Shown: piece after piece, positions 7,863 through 17,265 of the stretch
Position numbering within the stretch: position 1 is the stretch's first letter
Layout: the number at the start of each line of letters is the position of its first letter
Origin: an uncultured Conexibacteraceae bacterium
GTDB taxonomy: Bacteria > Actinomycetota > Thermoleophilia > Solirubrobacterales > 70-9
Assembly (NCBI GenBank): GCA_964533285.1
Contig: CAZHLT010000277.1
Span: 1-54,243, forward strand
Direction of reading: 5' to 3'
DNA length: 54,243 nt
Program-made: the position numbers and the translations under genes
The notes under the pieces: model-generated
What the model was told of the DNA's origin: nothing
The model's database searches: none
The model's input: only the letters and a program-made list of their open reading frames with translations

Positions 7863-10760
7863 TCAGCGATGGGAGGCGCCGCTGCGGCCGGAGGGCCTGG
7901 CCGTGCGCTTGGCCTTCTTCCCGCAGCCGTTGGCGATCGTCGGTTCGGTGTCGTAGGTCTTGTTGTTGTGGGCGGTGAGGCGCAGGACGGCACGCTGGGG
8001 CGAGCGGCAGAGATTCTGCGAGTTTTCCAGCAGGCCTTCCTTGCCGCCTTTCAGTTCGAGCACGAATCTCGAAACCGGCGCGTCGGGCACCTGGAAGAAA
8101 GTCGTGCGGATGCGCGCGTTGCGCTTCGGCGTCACCGTATCGACGGCGCCGACCAGCTCGATATGGATCTGGCCACGCAGGTCGGCGACGATGTCGGGCA
8201 GTTCTCGTTCGCCGCCATTGGCACGGAAGTAGACCTTCCCTTCCAGCGGCTCGTCCAACAGGGGCGTCCACGCTTTCGCCCGGCCCAGCACCGAGATCTT
8301 CGGGCACTTTTCTTCGGCGAACTGCGGCCGCGTGCAGGGGTTGCCGACGTGGAACTGGTCGATGATCTCGGAGTGCGGCAGGATGACCGCGGCCCTGGTG
8401 ATGTTCGAGAAGTCGCCCTTGCTCGGGTAGGTGAGAACCGACTTCAGCGCCGGGTGCTTGGAGCGGGTGGTGCCACCCTTGAACGACAGCTTGAGGCTGG
8501 GCCTGAAGTCGAGCGCCTTGCAGGCGCCGACCTGGAAGGGCGAAGCCACTGGCGCCAGCGCCGTGGGCGAGAGCAGCAAGCCCGAGATGCTCATCGGCTC
8601 GCAGTTGGTCGGGTTCAAGGTGAACTCGGGCCGGTCGGTGTCGATCGAGATCGAGCGCACCTTCAGCGGGATGCCCCGCAGGATCGTCGGCAGGGGGTCG
8701 GAGCTGACGTGGATCTGGGCCGTGTGGGGGTCGACGTCGGCCTTCGCCCGCACCACGACGGTGCCGAGGTCGAAGGGGCCGGCGACCGCCGGGGTGATCA
8801 CCGCGATGCTTATCGGAGCGCCCTTGTAGGGACCGGCGAGGTAGGCCGTACCCTGGACGTGGTAGGGGGTCGGGCCGGCGCCGGCGCCGACGTCAACGGT
8901 GCCGAGCTTCGAGGCGGCCGGACAGCTGGACGATGCCTGCTCGGCGGCCCCGTCCTTGCCCGACGCCGCGGCCAAGGCAGCGTCGGGGCAATAGGCGATG
9001 CCGGCGAGCTTGCCGGTCAGGCCCGGGGGAAGGTCGAGCTCCAGCCCCGAGAGCACGCCGCTGGCGTCGGGGCGGGAGGCGTTGACGACGAGCGGGCTGT
9101 AGGAGCCGGCGATCGGCGCGACCGTGCCGGCTTCGAAGGAGGAGTCGAACTCATTTGGGGACGGGCAGGGGGAGCCGCCGGGTCCCGAGGTGATTTGGAA
9201 TGACGATGTCTTGGTGACGATCTCCTCTGGTGCCGGGTTGTCGGGATCGGCAGCCGACCAGGATGAGAGCTTCGAGACGATCCCATAGGTGCCACAGGCA
9301 CGCGGGGTGATCAGCGGCGCCCGCGGGCCCGCCTTGAAGCGGAGCCGCAGGGAGCTGAACGGGATCTGAGGGTTGTTGTCGAAGGTCGCCGTGAGCCGGC
9401 CGGTCCGCGGATCGGCATCGATCCGGCCGGGCAGCTTCAGCACCGTGCCCGTGACCGGATCGTCGACCGCGATGTACAGCGAGAGCAGGGTGCCGAACGG
9501 GTTGTCACCCTGCGCGCCAAGGTAGACCGAGCCGAGGAGCGAGTCCTTCAGCAACGGCGTCCTCACCTCGACCGTGCCGATCCTGGCCCGCTCGGGGCAC
9601 CGGTCGGGCTCGGGCGTGAACCTGGGGTCGGCTCCGCCTTCGATCAGGCCGATCTGCTGCCCGCTGCAGGCCCCCAACCCGTCCGCCGAGCTCGGGTTGA
9701 CCGACATGCCCTCGGGCAGGGTGACCGTAACGCGCTTCAGATGGGCTTCGGCGGCGGCATCGGGATCGGTGAGGCCGAGCGTCGGCATCGTCAGGTCTAC
9801 GTCGAGGCCGGCCGGGCTGTCAGCCTGCCGCGTGGTCGGCGTCAGCGACATGCTCGGATCGAAGGAGGCCCCCTCACAACCGTCGACGGCGGTCGGGTTG
9901 CCGTTCGTGTCGATGCTGAAGGCGGCCGTCTTGACCTCGTCGGGGTTCTCCCAGGAGCGGGCCCGCAGGCGCGTCTCGAGCACGCCGGCGGCGCAGTCGG
10001 CCGGATTGGAGAGGAAGGCTTTGGGCTCTTCCCCCGGGCCGAGGCCGGGGTTGGTGCAGAGGGGGTCCGCGGTGGAGGCGCAGTTGACGTTGTCGCCCAT
10101 GCCAGCGTCGCTCGAGGTGCCGCGATCGGCGTCGTGAGATGGATCGCCGGGGACGCCCCAGATCGTCACCCTGGCGCCGGTGGTGAAGAGGCCCTGGGAG
10201 ACGTCGGTAGCGGAGATGGTGATCCCGTAGTCCGACCCTGCCCGCAACGAGGCGAGCAACAGAACCGGCTGCGAGTTGATGTTGAAGCCGAGCGCCGCCG
10301 GGTAGCCGGGCGGCGGCTCCAGGTTGTACACGGCGGCGATGTTCGCGCTGAAGAGGTTGACGCCGGGCGCGGCCGGCTGCATCAGGCGCGCCGTCCCGAC
10401 CTGCGAGCTGGCAGGGCATTTCGCTACGACCGTGCTCCCGTAGAGATCGCGCATCGGGCACTGGCGCGCGATCGCACCGGGATTGCCGATGAACCCGGGC
10501 GGCAGCTCGACGTCGACTTTCTTCATCGAGCCATCCGGGAGAAGGAGGTCGGCGGCGGTGAGTTCGAAGGTCGTCGTCGCCGAGTCCGGGTGGCCGCCGG
10601 CCCGGGTGAAGGAGGCCCCGGCCTGATCGAAGACGCCGCCGGTGAAGCTGACGACGCCGAATTCCGCCCGCGCCGGCCCCGCCGCCAGCACCAGCAGGCA
10701 GCCGGTCACCATCGTCAGCGCGGCCAGAACGCGCCACGCCCCTGCCAGGGTGTTGCTCAT
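7863..10760 (-). CDS. Large secreted protein (965 aa) built from a repeated Cys-containing module; function unknown
   Basis: ATG 10760 preceded by GAGGAG. Signal peptide MSNTLAGAWRVLAALTMVTGCLLVLAAGPARA. Recurrent module LPPGxxGNP...CPxxSxxGT...TPLLxxxLxGxVY...LxxxxxG seen at least 3-4 times. Basic tail CGKKAKRTARPSGRSGASHR. Confidence 0.8.
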   Translation of the reverse strand: MSNTLAGAWRVLAALTMVTGCLLVLAAGPARAEFGVVSFTGGVFDQAGASFTRAGGHPDSATTTFELTAADLLLPDGSMKKVDVELPPGFIGNPGAIARQCPMRDLYGSTVVAKCPASSQVGTARLMQPAAPGVNLFSANIAAVYNLEPPPGYPAALGFNINSQPVLLLASLRAGSDYGITISATDVSQGLFTTGARVTIWGVPGDPSHDADRGTSSDAGMGDNVNCASTADPLCTNPGLGPGEEPKAFLSNPADCAAGVLETRLRARSWENPDEVKTAAFSIDTNGNPTAVDGCEGASFDPSMSLTPTTRQADSPAGLDVDLTMPTLGLTDPDAAAEAHLKRVTVTLPEGMSVNPSSADGLGACSGQQIGLIEGGADPRFTPEPDRCPERARIGTVEVRTPLLKDSLLGSVYLGAQGDNPFGTLLSLYIAVDDPVTGTVLKLPGRIDADPRTGRLTATFDNNPQIPFSSLRLRFKAGPRAPLITPRACGTYGIVSKLSSWSAADPDNPAPEEIVTKTSSFQITSGPGGSPCPSPNEFDSSFEAGTVAPIAGSYSPLVVNASRPDASGVLSGLELDLPPGLTGKLAGIAYCPDAALAAASGKDGAAEQASSSCPAASKLGTVDVGAGAGPTPYHVQGTAYLAGPYKGAPISIAVITPAVAGPFDLGTVVVRAKADVDPHTAQIHVSSDPLPTILRGIPLKVRSISIDTDRPEFTLNPTNCEPMSISGLLLSPTALAPVASPFQVGACKALDFRPSLKLSFKGGTTRSKHPALKSVLTYPSKGDFSNITRAAVILPHSEIIDQFHVGNPCTRPQFAEEKCPKISVLGRAKAWTPLLDEPLEGKVYFRANGGERELPDIVADLRGQIHIELVGAVDTVTPKRNARIRTTFFQVPDAPVSRFVLELKGGKEGLLENSQNLCRSPQRAVLRLTAHNNKTYDTEPTIANGCGKKAKRTARPSGRSGASHR

Positions 10761-10807
10761 CGGTCGGTTCTCCTCGGGTCGATTGGTCGGTGCTCGGTGG
10801 AGGGCGA

Positions 10808-13800
10808 TCATGCGGCCACCCCCCGCAGGCAGCGTTTCTGCGCCGCGCGGGCCGCCCGCAGCCGGTGCCGCGCCTTTCGTCGGTGCCCGGCGGCGGCCCG
10901 GCGCAGGTCCCGGGTCGCATTCCGCACCCGCCGCTGCTCGGCGGCGCAAGCGGGCGGCGTCGATTGACCCCCGTCCCTCGGGGCGAGCGAGCCGATTGCG
11001 GGCCGCCGCGACGGCTGAGTCGGGTTGCCCTGGCAGAAATCTCCGCTGCAGGGCGGCAAAGAGTATTCGGCGAATCCGCCCCCGACGCGCGCGTCGTAGA
11101 CGTCGGTCAGCTGATCGACGTCGGAGCCGACCAACTGCTGCCGGCTGAGGAAGAAGACGTCGTTTCCGCTCGGGGTGGCGTCGAGGAAGTCGGCGTCGGT
11201 GGTGCCCGTACCGGAGGAGATCAGCGAGACATCGCCGTGCGACCAGCGGTAGACGTCGGCGCGCCCGTTGACGTCGGCGCCGACCAGGGCCTGGGGAGTG
11301 CTGAAGTAGGCGGCCGAGCCGTCGGGGGCGAGGTTCCCCGGCAGAGCGCCCACGCTCTCGCCGGAGGTGCGGCTGAAGCCAGGGGCGAGCAGCGAGTCGC
11401 CGGCCGCGAGCTCGCCGTGCTCCGGACAGGAGAGGCAGGTGAGCTCGTCGGCTTCGGCGTCGTAGAGGTAGGTCTCGGCGCAGCGACCTTCCTGGTTGGC
11501 GTGCTCGAGGCCTCCTGCGTTTTCAAACGGCGGACAGGCGGCCGGGTTGGTGTTGTCGTAGCTGGTCAGCGGTGCCCGTGAGGTGAAGAGGAGGTGGCCA
11601 CCGTCCGGCGCGGTCCGGGTGACCCGGCGCCGATAGCCGGGACTCGACGTCCAGTTGCGGGCGTCGGCCACCTCGTCTGAGCGACCGCTGAGGTCGGGGG
11701 CGAGGGTCGCGATGAACCTGGTAGTCCCTTCTTCCCAGAGGTAGAGGTTGGGCTCGCCGCGCGTCGCGCCGGGCGCGAGGTCGCCGCCGGCGGCGAAGTA
11801 GACCCGCGAGAGGTCGTCGCTGGCGCCGAGGACGCCGTAGACGTCGGCCCCGGCCGGGTCGGCGGTGGTGAGGTCGTCGAGAGCCCCCGAGTCGACGTCG
11901 TAGAGGTAGAGGTCGCGACCCTGTGGCGGGGTCGTGTAGAGCTCAACGAATCCGTATTCGCCGCTCGTACAGCTGAGGGGCGGCGGTACAGGGACGTAGC
12001 TGGTCGAATCGTCGGTCAGCTTCTCGCAGCTGTAGAAGAGCACCTTGGAGCCATGCTCGGTCTCGGCGGCGACGAAGGTCGCCGGCAGCGGGCCGTCGGG
12101 ATCGGGGGACGTCGCCTGGCTGGCGCTGATGCGCGTGCTGGCATCGTCGGCCGTCGAGGCCGTCCCCTGGTCGTCGCGAACGTAGAGCTGGCCGGCGTTC
12201 GAGGAGCGAGTGGTCGCCAAGCCGGGTTCGATCGCGTGGAAGAAGAGGCGCCGGCCGTCGGCCGAGATCGCGCCCTTGACCGAGCCGACGGTCGGGTTGG
12301 AGCCGGCGACCGAGCCGAGAGGCGCCGGCGCTTCGGGGAGCGGGCCTTCGCCGTCGGGGTCGACGATGCCGACGAGGCGGGTCTCGCCGTCGACCCACTG
12401 GTACGTGTTGATCAGGCCGGTGACCGGGTCGGCGGTTTGCGGGACCCCCTCTGACGTGTAGTAGAGATGGCTCCAGTCACTCGATGCACCGCCGAAGAAG
12501 TAGCTCTTCTTGACGCGAGTAGCCGGCCCCGGCGGCCCGAGCTCATTGGGGTTGATCTGCGCATAGCCGCCGTCCGAGTTGTCGCGGACGTAGAGGTGGT
12601 CGGTCAGAGGGGTTGCGCCGGGTGACAGCGCGGCGTGGCTGGTAACCACGAGCTTGTCGAGATCAGGAGAGAATCCGAGCAGACTGTAGGCACTCGTCCC
12701 CGACGGGATCGGCGGATCGATCGCCTCCGAAGACCAGCCGCTGACCGGGTCGCGATCGGCGAGCAGCGGCGTCAGCCAGCCGGCGTTCGCGCCGGGAACG
12801 GAGAACGTCGCCGCGAAGGCGACGCGGTTGCCCGACGGGTCGACCGCCTGCGCGCCCCAGGAGCCCATGTCGATGCCGTTCTTCTGGTCGGGGGAGACCT
12901 TCTCGTATCCGCGACCCGGAGGAGGCGGCGGCAGCGTCTCGCCGGTGCGGAAGGTCTCGACCCCACCGACGGTCTGGCCCGCGCCGTTCTCGGCGACGAC
13001 GCGGAAGTAGTAGCGCGTGCCCGGGCTCAGCCCGGTCACCAGTTGCGCCACGAAGGCGAGCTCGGTGCCTGAGCCAGCGTCCGCGTCCTGGCTCGCCGGG
13101 AAGCTCGCGGTGGCGGCGGGTGGCAGGGCTGGGTCGGTTGAGTACTCGATCCAGTAGGAGGTCTGGTCGTGCTGGGGGTCGACCTGGCCGCCAAGCCAAG
13201 CCGCGGTGTCGGTGCGGCTGCCGGCGGCGAGGGTGACCACGCGCGGCGGCGCCGGGAAGGTGTTGAAGACGGCGGTGGCGCTCGTCCCGATGCCGCCGTT
13301 GAACGCTTTCGAGGCGACCAGACGCAGCTCGTATTCGGTGTTCGGCTCGAGCCCGGTCGCGGTCTGGATCACCGAGTTGTTCGAGCCGATCGGCCCGGCG
13401 TCGGCGCCGGCGACCGGGACCCGGGTCCACTCGGTCGCGCCAACCGGCCGGTACTCGAACCGGTAGGAGGTGGTGAGGCCGGTGGGGTCGACGTGACCGT
13501 GGAAGCTGGCGCCGGTCGCGGTGATCGCGTCGACCGGAGTCGGGTCGAGGGTGGCGATCGGGAGGATCGGCGCGGCGGCGGTGTAGACGCGGGCGGCGCC
13601 GCTCCCAGGCGGGCTGGTGGAGTCGAGGTGGATCCGCCCCGTGGCCCCGGTCACCGCCAAGCCGAGGACGCCAAGCCGCAGCCCGGCGCAGGCGAAGTGC
13701 GCGTCGAGCAGGTTGCCCGCCGAGTCGAACTCGAGCACTCGCCGCTCTTCGACCGACGGCGCGCCGGAGGGGCAGCTGGCGGTGGCGGCGGCCGGGGTCG

Positions 13801-14893
13801 CCCGGGTGACGAGCACGTTGCCGCTGACCGGGTCGACGGCGATGTCGGTCGGGGTGGTGGCGGACGTCCCGCCGGCGAAGGTCGGCGCGGCGAAGAGTGC
13901 GGCGTCCAGGCTCGAGCCGGAGGGGGCGAACTTTTGCACGCGGAAGTTGGCCGACTGCTCGACCGTGAAGATCGCGCCCGAGGAGTTGACGGCGACACGG
14001 TTGGTTCCGGTCCCGAGCTGCCCGATCGCAGGCCCGGAGGCGGCCGCGACCTTGCAGTCGGCCGCCACAGTGCAGATCTCGAAGCCGGTGCCGCCGCCGG
14101 TGAGCACGTCGTAGCCGAAGGTCCTGACGAAGGCGCCCGAGGGTGCGAATTCCTGCACGCGGCGGTTGCCCGGGTCGGCGACGACGACGTTGCCGGCGTT
14201 GGCTGGGCCTGGCGGCACGACCGCCGGATACCCATTGAAGGTCGAGGCAAAGGAACCGCCGCTGGCCCCGGACGTGCCGACCTTGCAGCCGGGGGCAACG
14301 GTGTCCGCAGCCGTGCAGACCTCGGTCGTGGTACCGCCCGTCGGATTGAGGACGTCACGCCCCCACATCAGCTGGAAATTGCCTGCCGCGTCGAAGCGCT
14401 GGACCCGGAGGTTGGTCTGCTCGGTGACGTAGACGTCGCCGGTGGCCTGGTCCACGGCGATCCCCTGTGGCGAGTTGAACTCGCCCCCCGCGGCGCCGGT
14501 GACCCCGGCCTTGCAGTCGCTCGCGACGGTGCAGATCTCGAAGCCGGTGCCGCCGCCGGTGATCACGTCTTTGCCCCAGGCGCGGATGAAGGTGCCGTCG
14601 GCGCTGAACTGCTGGATGCGGTTGTTGGAGCCGTCGACGACGTAGATGTCGCCGGGATCCGCCGCACCCGCGCCGGTCTCGTTGACGGCTATGCCGCGCG
14701 GCGCGTTGAAAAGGCCGCCGTCGGCGGCATCGCCGCTCGGGTTCGTGCTGGTCGGATTGCCGAAGGAGGAGACGACCGACTTGGGCGCGGCGCCGGCTGG
14801 CACAGCTGCCAGCGAAAGCGCGAGGACGGCGGCAATCAGGATTGCAGCAGCTGCGCGCTGGACCAGGGCCACAAGACGTGCCTTTGCCTTCAC
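10808..14893 (-). CDS. Large secreted NHL-repeat / FN3-like / TolB-like beta-propeller protein (1361 aa)
   Basis: GTG 14893 after GAGGAG. Signal peptide ..AAVLALSLAAVPAGA. NHL blades (FNAPRGIAVN..YVVDGSNNRIQQF; FNSPQGIAVD..RVQRF). Two FN3-like units (TSYRFEYRP.., TSYWIEYS..YYFRVVAENGAG). PD40-like repeats (ISADGRRLFF, APDGGHLLFTS, LAPDGSAAYFS). 34-nt exact intragenic repeat at 14070-14103 and 14529-14562. Confidence 0.85.
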   Translation of the reverse strand: MKAKARLVALVQRAAAAILIAAVLALSLAAVPAGAAPKSVVSSFGNPTSTNPSGDAADGGLFNAPRGIAVNETGAGAADPGDIYVVDGSNNRIQQFSADGTFIRAWGKDVITGGGTGFEICTVASDCKAGVTGAAGGEFNSPQGIAVDQATGDVYVTEQTNLRVQRFDAAGNFQLMWGRDVLNPTGGTTTEVCTAADTVAPGCKVGTSGASGGSFASTFNGYPAVVPPGPANAGNVVVADPGNRRVQEFAPSGAFVRTFGYDVLTGGGTGFEICTVAADCKVAAASGPAIGQLGTGTNRVAVNSSGAIFTVEQSANFRVQKFAPSGSSLDAALFAAPTFAGGTSATTPTDIAVDPVSGNVLVTRATPAAATASCPSGAPSVEERRVLEFDSAGNLLDAHFACAGLRLGVLGLAVTGATGRIHLDSTSPPGSGAARVYTAAAPILPIATLDPTPVDAITATGASFHGHVDPTGLTTSYRFEYRPVGATEWTRVPVAGADAGPIGSNNSVIQTATGLEPNTEYELRLVASKAFNGGIGTSATAVFNTFPAPPRVVTLAAGSRTDTAAWLGGQVDPQHDQTSYWIEYSTDPALPPAATASFPASQDADAGSGTELAFVAQLVTGLSPGTRYYFRVVAENGAGQTVGGVETFRTGETLPPPPPGRGYEKVSPDQKNGIDMGSWGAQAVDPSGNRVAFAATFSVPGANAGWLTPLLADRDPVSGWSSEAIDPPIPSGTSAYSLLGFSPDLDKLVVTSHAALSPGATPLTDHLYVRDNSDGGYAQINPNELGPPGPATRVKKSYFFGGASSDWSHLYYTSEGVPQTADPVTGLINTYQWVDGETRLVGIVDPDGEGPLPEAPAPLGSVAGSNPTVGSVKGAISADGRRLFFHAIEPGLATTRSSNAGQLYVRDDQGTASTADDASTRISASQATSPDPDGPLPATFVAAETEHGSKVLFYSCEKLTDDSTSYVPVPPPLSCTSGEYGFVELYTTPPQGRDLYLYDVDSGALDDLTTADPAGADVYGVLGASDDLSRVYFAAGGDLAPGATRGEPNLYLWEEGTTRFIATLAPDLSGRSDEVADARNWTSSPGYRRRVTRTAPDGGHLLFTSRAPLTSYDNTNPAACPPFENAGGLEHANQEGRCAETYLYDAEADELTCLSCPEHGELAAGDSLLAPGFSRTSGESVGALPGNLAPDGSAAYFSTPQALVGADVNGRADVYRWSHGDVSLISSGTGTTDADFLDATPSGNDVFFLSRQQLVGSDVDQLTDVYDARVGGGFAEYSLPPCSGDFCQGNPTQPSRRPAIGSLAPRDGGQSTPPACAAEQRRVRNATRDLRRAAAGHRRKARHRLRAARAAQKRCLRGVAA

Positions 14894-15003
14894 GGAATCT
14901 CCTCTGTCCTACGCCCCAAGCCGCGAACGACTCCCTGCCGGTCCCGTGTCGGAGCGCTGTTTGCAGTAACCCATTGCTCGCCTCCCTGGCGAACGACAGC
15001 AGC

Positions 15004-15025
15004 GTAGAGGATTGCGTCTACAAAT
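15004..15025. promoter_or_regulatory. Shared operator-like motif, site A (gtagaggattgCGTCTACAAAT), upstream of the giant secreted-protein operon
   Basis: Lies in the lower-GC intergenic region 14894-15167. It contains TAGA-N8-TCTA dyad symmetry and matches sites at 18008-18029 and 19502-19523. Confidence 0.5.
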
Positions 15026-15038
15026 GCAACCAGGATCG

Positions 15039-15076
15039 TTTGCAGGGCGAGGGAAGACGCGAAAAGTCCCTGCAAA
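15039..15076 (-). terminator. Hairpin (9-bp stem tttgcaggg/ccctgcaaa, 20-nt loop) downstream of the TetR gene ending at 15168
   Basis: 15039-15047 and 15068-15076 are exact reverse complements. There is no clear U-tract, so terminator function is uncertain. Confidence 0.3.
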
Positions 15077-15167
15077 TAATCGTCAAGCAGGCAGCTCTGC
15101 AAGCGCCGGAGCCGCGAGCGAGCGGGTCGACAGCGAGGGACGGCGAGAGGGCTCGCGACGACGCGAG

Positions 15168-15851
15168 CTAGGACTCGCCGCGGGCGAGGCGCACCGCTTC
15201 CTCGCGCCCGTAGTAGGGCGCGAGGAAGAGCTCGAGCAGGCCGGGGGCGAGGGCGGCCAACTCCTCTCCCCTGCCCTCCTTGACCTCGGTGACGATCAGG
15301 GCGACGAGGCCGCCGAGGAGGCCGTCGGCGACGGCGCGGGAGGGCCCGCGCACGGCGGGCGGTGGGGGCTCGCCGGCGGTGAGGGCGGCGAAGAGGCGGC
15401 CCAGCAGCTCGCCGTAGCGGGCCGCCGGCTCGCCGCCGGCGCCCGGCGCGGCGATCAGGGCGAAGCGGGCGAGGTCGGGGTTGGCGGCGAAGGTCTGCAG
15501 GAGGGCCGTGAGCTGGGCGCGGAGCTGCTCGGGCCACTCCGCCGTACCCTGGGCGGCGTCGCGCAGCGAGCTCTCGAGGAAGGAGGCAAGCTCGTCGTAG
15601 GCGGCGGCGAAGCACTCTGGCTTGCCCGGGAAGTAGGCGTAGAAGGTGCGCCGCGAGACACCGGCGGCGGCGGAGATGTCGGTGATCGTCGCCTCGTGGT
15701 AGCCGCGCTCGGCGACGGCGGCGATCGTGCCGGCGATGAGGCGGCCCCGCTGGTTCTGCTCGACGAAGGAGCGCGGCAGGCCGTGGCGCCCGGGCGGCAG
15801 ACGAGAGAGGCCCGGCGCGGAGTCCTCCCCTGGCGGCTCGCGCTTGCTCAC
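15168..15851 (-). CDS. TetR-family transcriptional regulator
   Basis: LIAGTIAAVAERGYHEATITDISAAAGVSRRTFYAYFPGKPECF. Start placed at GTG 15851 (VSKREPPGE..). The 383-aa ORF-track version has an R/P-rich shadow extension. Confidence 0.8.
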   Translation of the reverse strand: MSKREPPGEDSAPGLSRLPPGRHGLPRSFVEQNQRGRLIAGTIAAVAERGYHEATITDISAAAGVSRRTFYAYFPGKPECFAAAYDELASFLESSLRDAAQGTAEWPEQLRAQLTALLQTFAANPDLARFALIAAPGAGGEPAARYGELLGRLFAALTAGEPPPPAVRGPSRAVADGLLGGLVALIVTEVKEGRGEELAALAPGLLELFLAPYYGREEAVRLARGES

Positions 15852-15925
15852 CGGCGCAAGATAACGGCGAGGGCGACTCCTCGGGGCTGCGATTGACCGG
15901 CGTGTACGAATTTGTCTGGGACGTC

Positions 15926-16585
15926 TCAGCGCTCCTCGGCGGGGGGTGGCGGCGGGATCCGCAGCTCGGCCATCGCCGCCTCGTGGCCGAGGTAGGGGCG
16001 CACAGCGATGCACATCAGCTCGGGGACGAAGTCGCGGGCGGAGACGGCGCCGGCGCCGGCCCGCAGCTGTTTGAAGAGGAAGTCGTAGATCGCGCCGAGA
16101 ATGCCTTCGGCCGTACTGCGCGAGAGCGAGTGGGGGTCCGCGGCCTCGGAGCGGCCCTCGTCGATCAGATCGACGATGCGCCGCACATAGCGGTCGCGGT
16201 GGGCGGCGGCGAGAGGGCCGGCGGCAAGCATCTGGACCATGTCGAAGCGGGTCTCGGTCGGGCGCTCGGCGACGTAGTCGGCGGCGGCGTAGGCGGCGGC
16301 GCGAAGCCGCGGGCGCCAAGCGCCGGGTGGTGGCAGGGCGGCGAAGACGACGTGGTCGAATTCGGCGATGTTGGCGAGGTAGATGCGGGTGCAGAGGTCC
16401 CGCGGGTCAGCGGCGGGCGGGTCGAGGGCATCGGGGTCGGCGTCGGCGCGCTCCAGCGCCGCCGCGACGGTGAGCTGCTCGAAGCCGCCCTCGAGCACCA
16501 GCTCCATCGTCGCGCGGCGCAGGCGGGCGGCCGCCGGCGAGGCGGCGGGGGCAAAGGGGCCGCGGCGATGGTCGGGCTCAGGCAC
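15926..16585 (-). CDS. TetR-like paralog with a degenerate, proline/aspartate-rich helix-turn-helix region
   Basis: Aligns over its full length with the next gene. Where the paralog has VEAIVARAGVAREDFDRRFADKRD, this one has VAAALERADADPDALDPPAADPRD. C-terminus ELMCIAVRPYLGHEAAMAELRIPPP is identical to the paralog. Confidence 0.65.
   Translation of the reverse strand: MPEPDHRRGPFAPAASPAAARLRRATMELVLEGGFEQLTVAAALERADADPDALDPPAADPRDLCTRIYLANIAEFDHVVFAALPPPGAWRPRLRAAAYAAADYVAERPTETRFDMVQMLAAGPLAAAHRDRYVRRIVDLIDEGRSEAADPHSLSRSTAEGILGAIYDFLFKQLRAGAGAVSARDFVPELMCIAVRPYLGHEAAMAELRIPPPPPAEER
15948..16027. repeat. 80-nt direct repeat, copy 1 (3' end of TetR-like gene)
   Basis: ggcggcgggatccgcagctcggccatcgccgcctcgtggccgaggtaggggcgcacAgcgatgcacatcagctcggggac. 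One mismatch to 16597-16676. Confidence 0.9.
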
Positions 16586-17240
16586 CGGCCACCTCAGGCG
16601 GCGGGATCCGCAGCTCGGCCATCGCCGCCTCGTGGCCGAGGTAGGGGCGCACGGCGATGCACATCAGCTCGGGGACCAGCTCGGTCGCGATGACGGCCTC
16701 AGCGCCCTCGGCGAGCCGTTTCATCAGCAGCCCGTAGATGGACCCGAGGGCGCCCTCGGCGACGCTGCGGGAAAGCGCGTCGGGGTGCGCCGTCTCGAAG
16801 CGGCCGGCGTCGATCAGGTCGACGATCCGCTGCAGGTAGCGGTCGCGGACCGCCTGGGCCATCTCCCCTCCCTCGCGCATCGCGATCTCGCCGTAGCGGG
16901 TCTCCGCCGGGTGGGTGGCGATATAGGCGGCAGCGGCGTAGGCGGCGGCGCGCAGCGCATCGCGCCAGGCGGGCGCGGCGAGATAGGCGCCGAGGACGGC
17001 GCGGTCGAAATCGGCGATGTTGGCCTCGTAGGCTCGGTCGCAGCAGTCCCGCTTGTCGGCGAAGCGGCGATCGAAGTCCTCGCGGGCGACGCCGGCGCGG
17101 GCGACGATCGCCTCGACGTCGACGGCGCCGTAGCCGCGCTCGAGGACGAGCTCGATCGCGGCCTGGCGCAGCCGCTCCCAGGTCTCGTCGAGGACCGGTG
17201 AGGGCAGCGGGCGCAGCCGGGGTCGGCCGGTCACCGGCAC
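16578..17240 (-). CDS. TetR-like transcriptional regulator (tandem paralog)
   Basis: LRQAAIELVLERGYGAVDVEAIVARAGVAREDFDRRFADKRDCC. 8-nt overlap with the downstream paralog. Confidence 0.7.
   Translation of the reverse strand: MPVTGRPRLRPLPSPVLDETWERLRQAAIELVLERGYGAVDVEAIVARAGVAREDFDRRFADKRDCCDRAYEANIADFDRAVLGAYLAAPAWRDALRAAAYAAAAYIATHPAETRYGEIAMREGGEMAQAVRDRYLQRIVDLIDAGRFETAHPDALSRSVAEGALGSIYGLLMKRLAEGAEAVIATELVPELMCIAVRPYLGHEAAMAELRIPPPEVAGA
16597..16676. repeat. 80-nt direct repeat, copy 2
   Basis: 79/80 identical to 15948-16027, while the rest of the two genes is much more diverged. Confidence 0.9.
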
Positions 17241-17265
17241 CCTCCCGGCAGCCGGGCGGGGGCAG

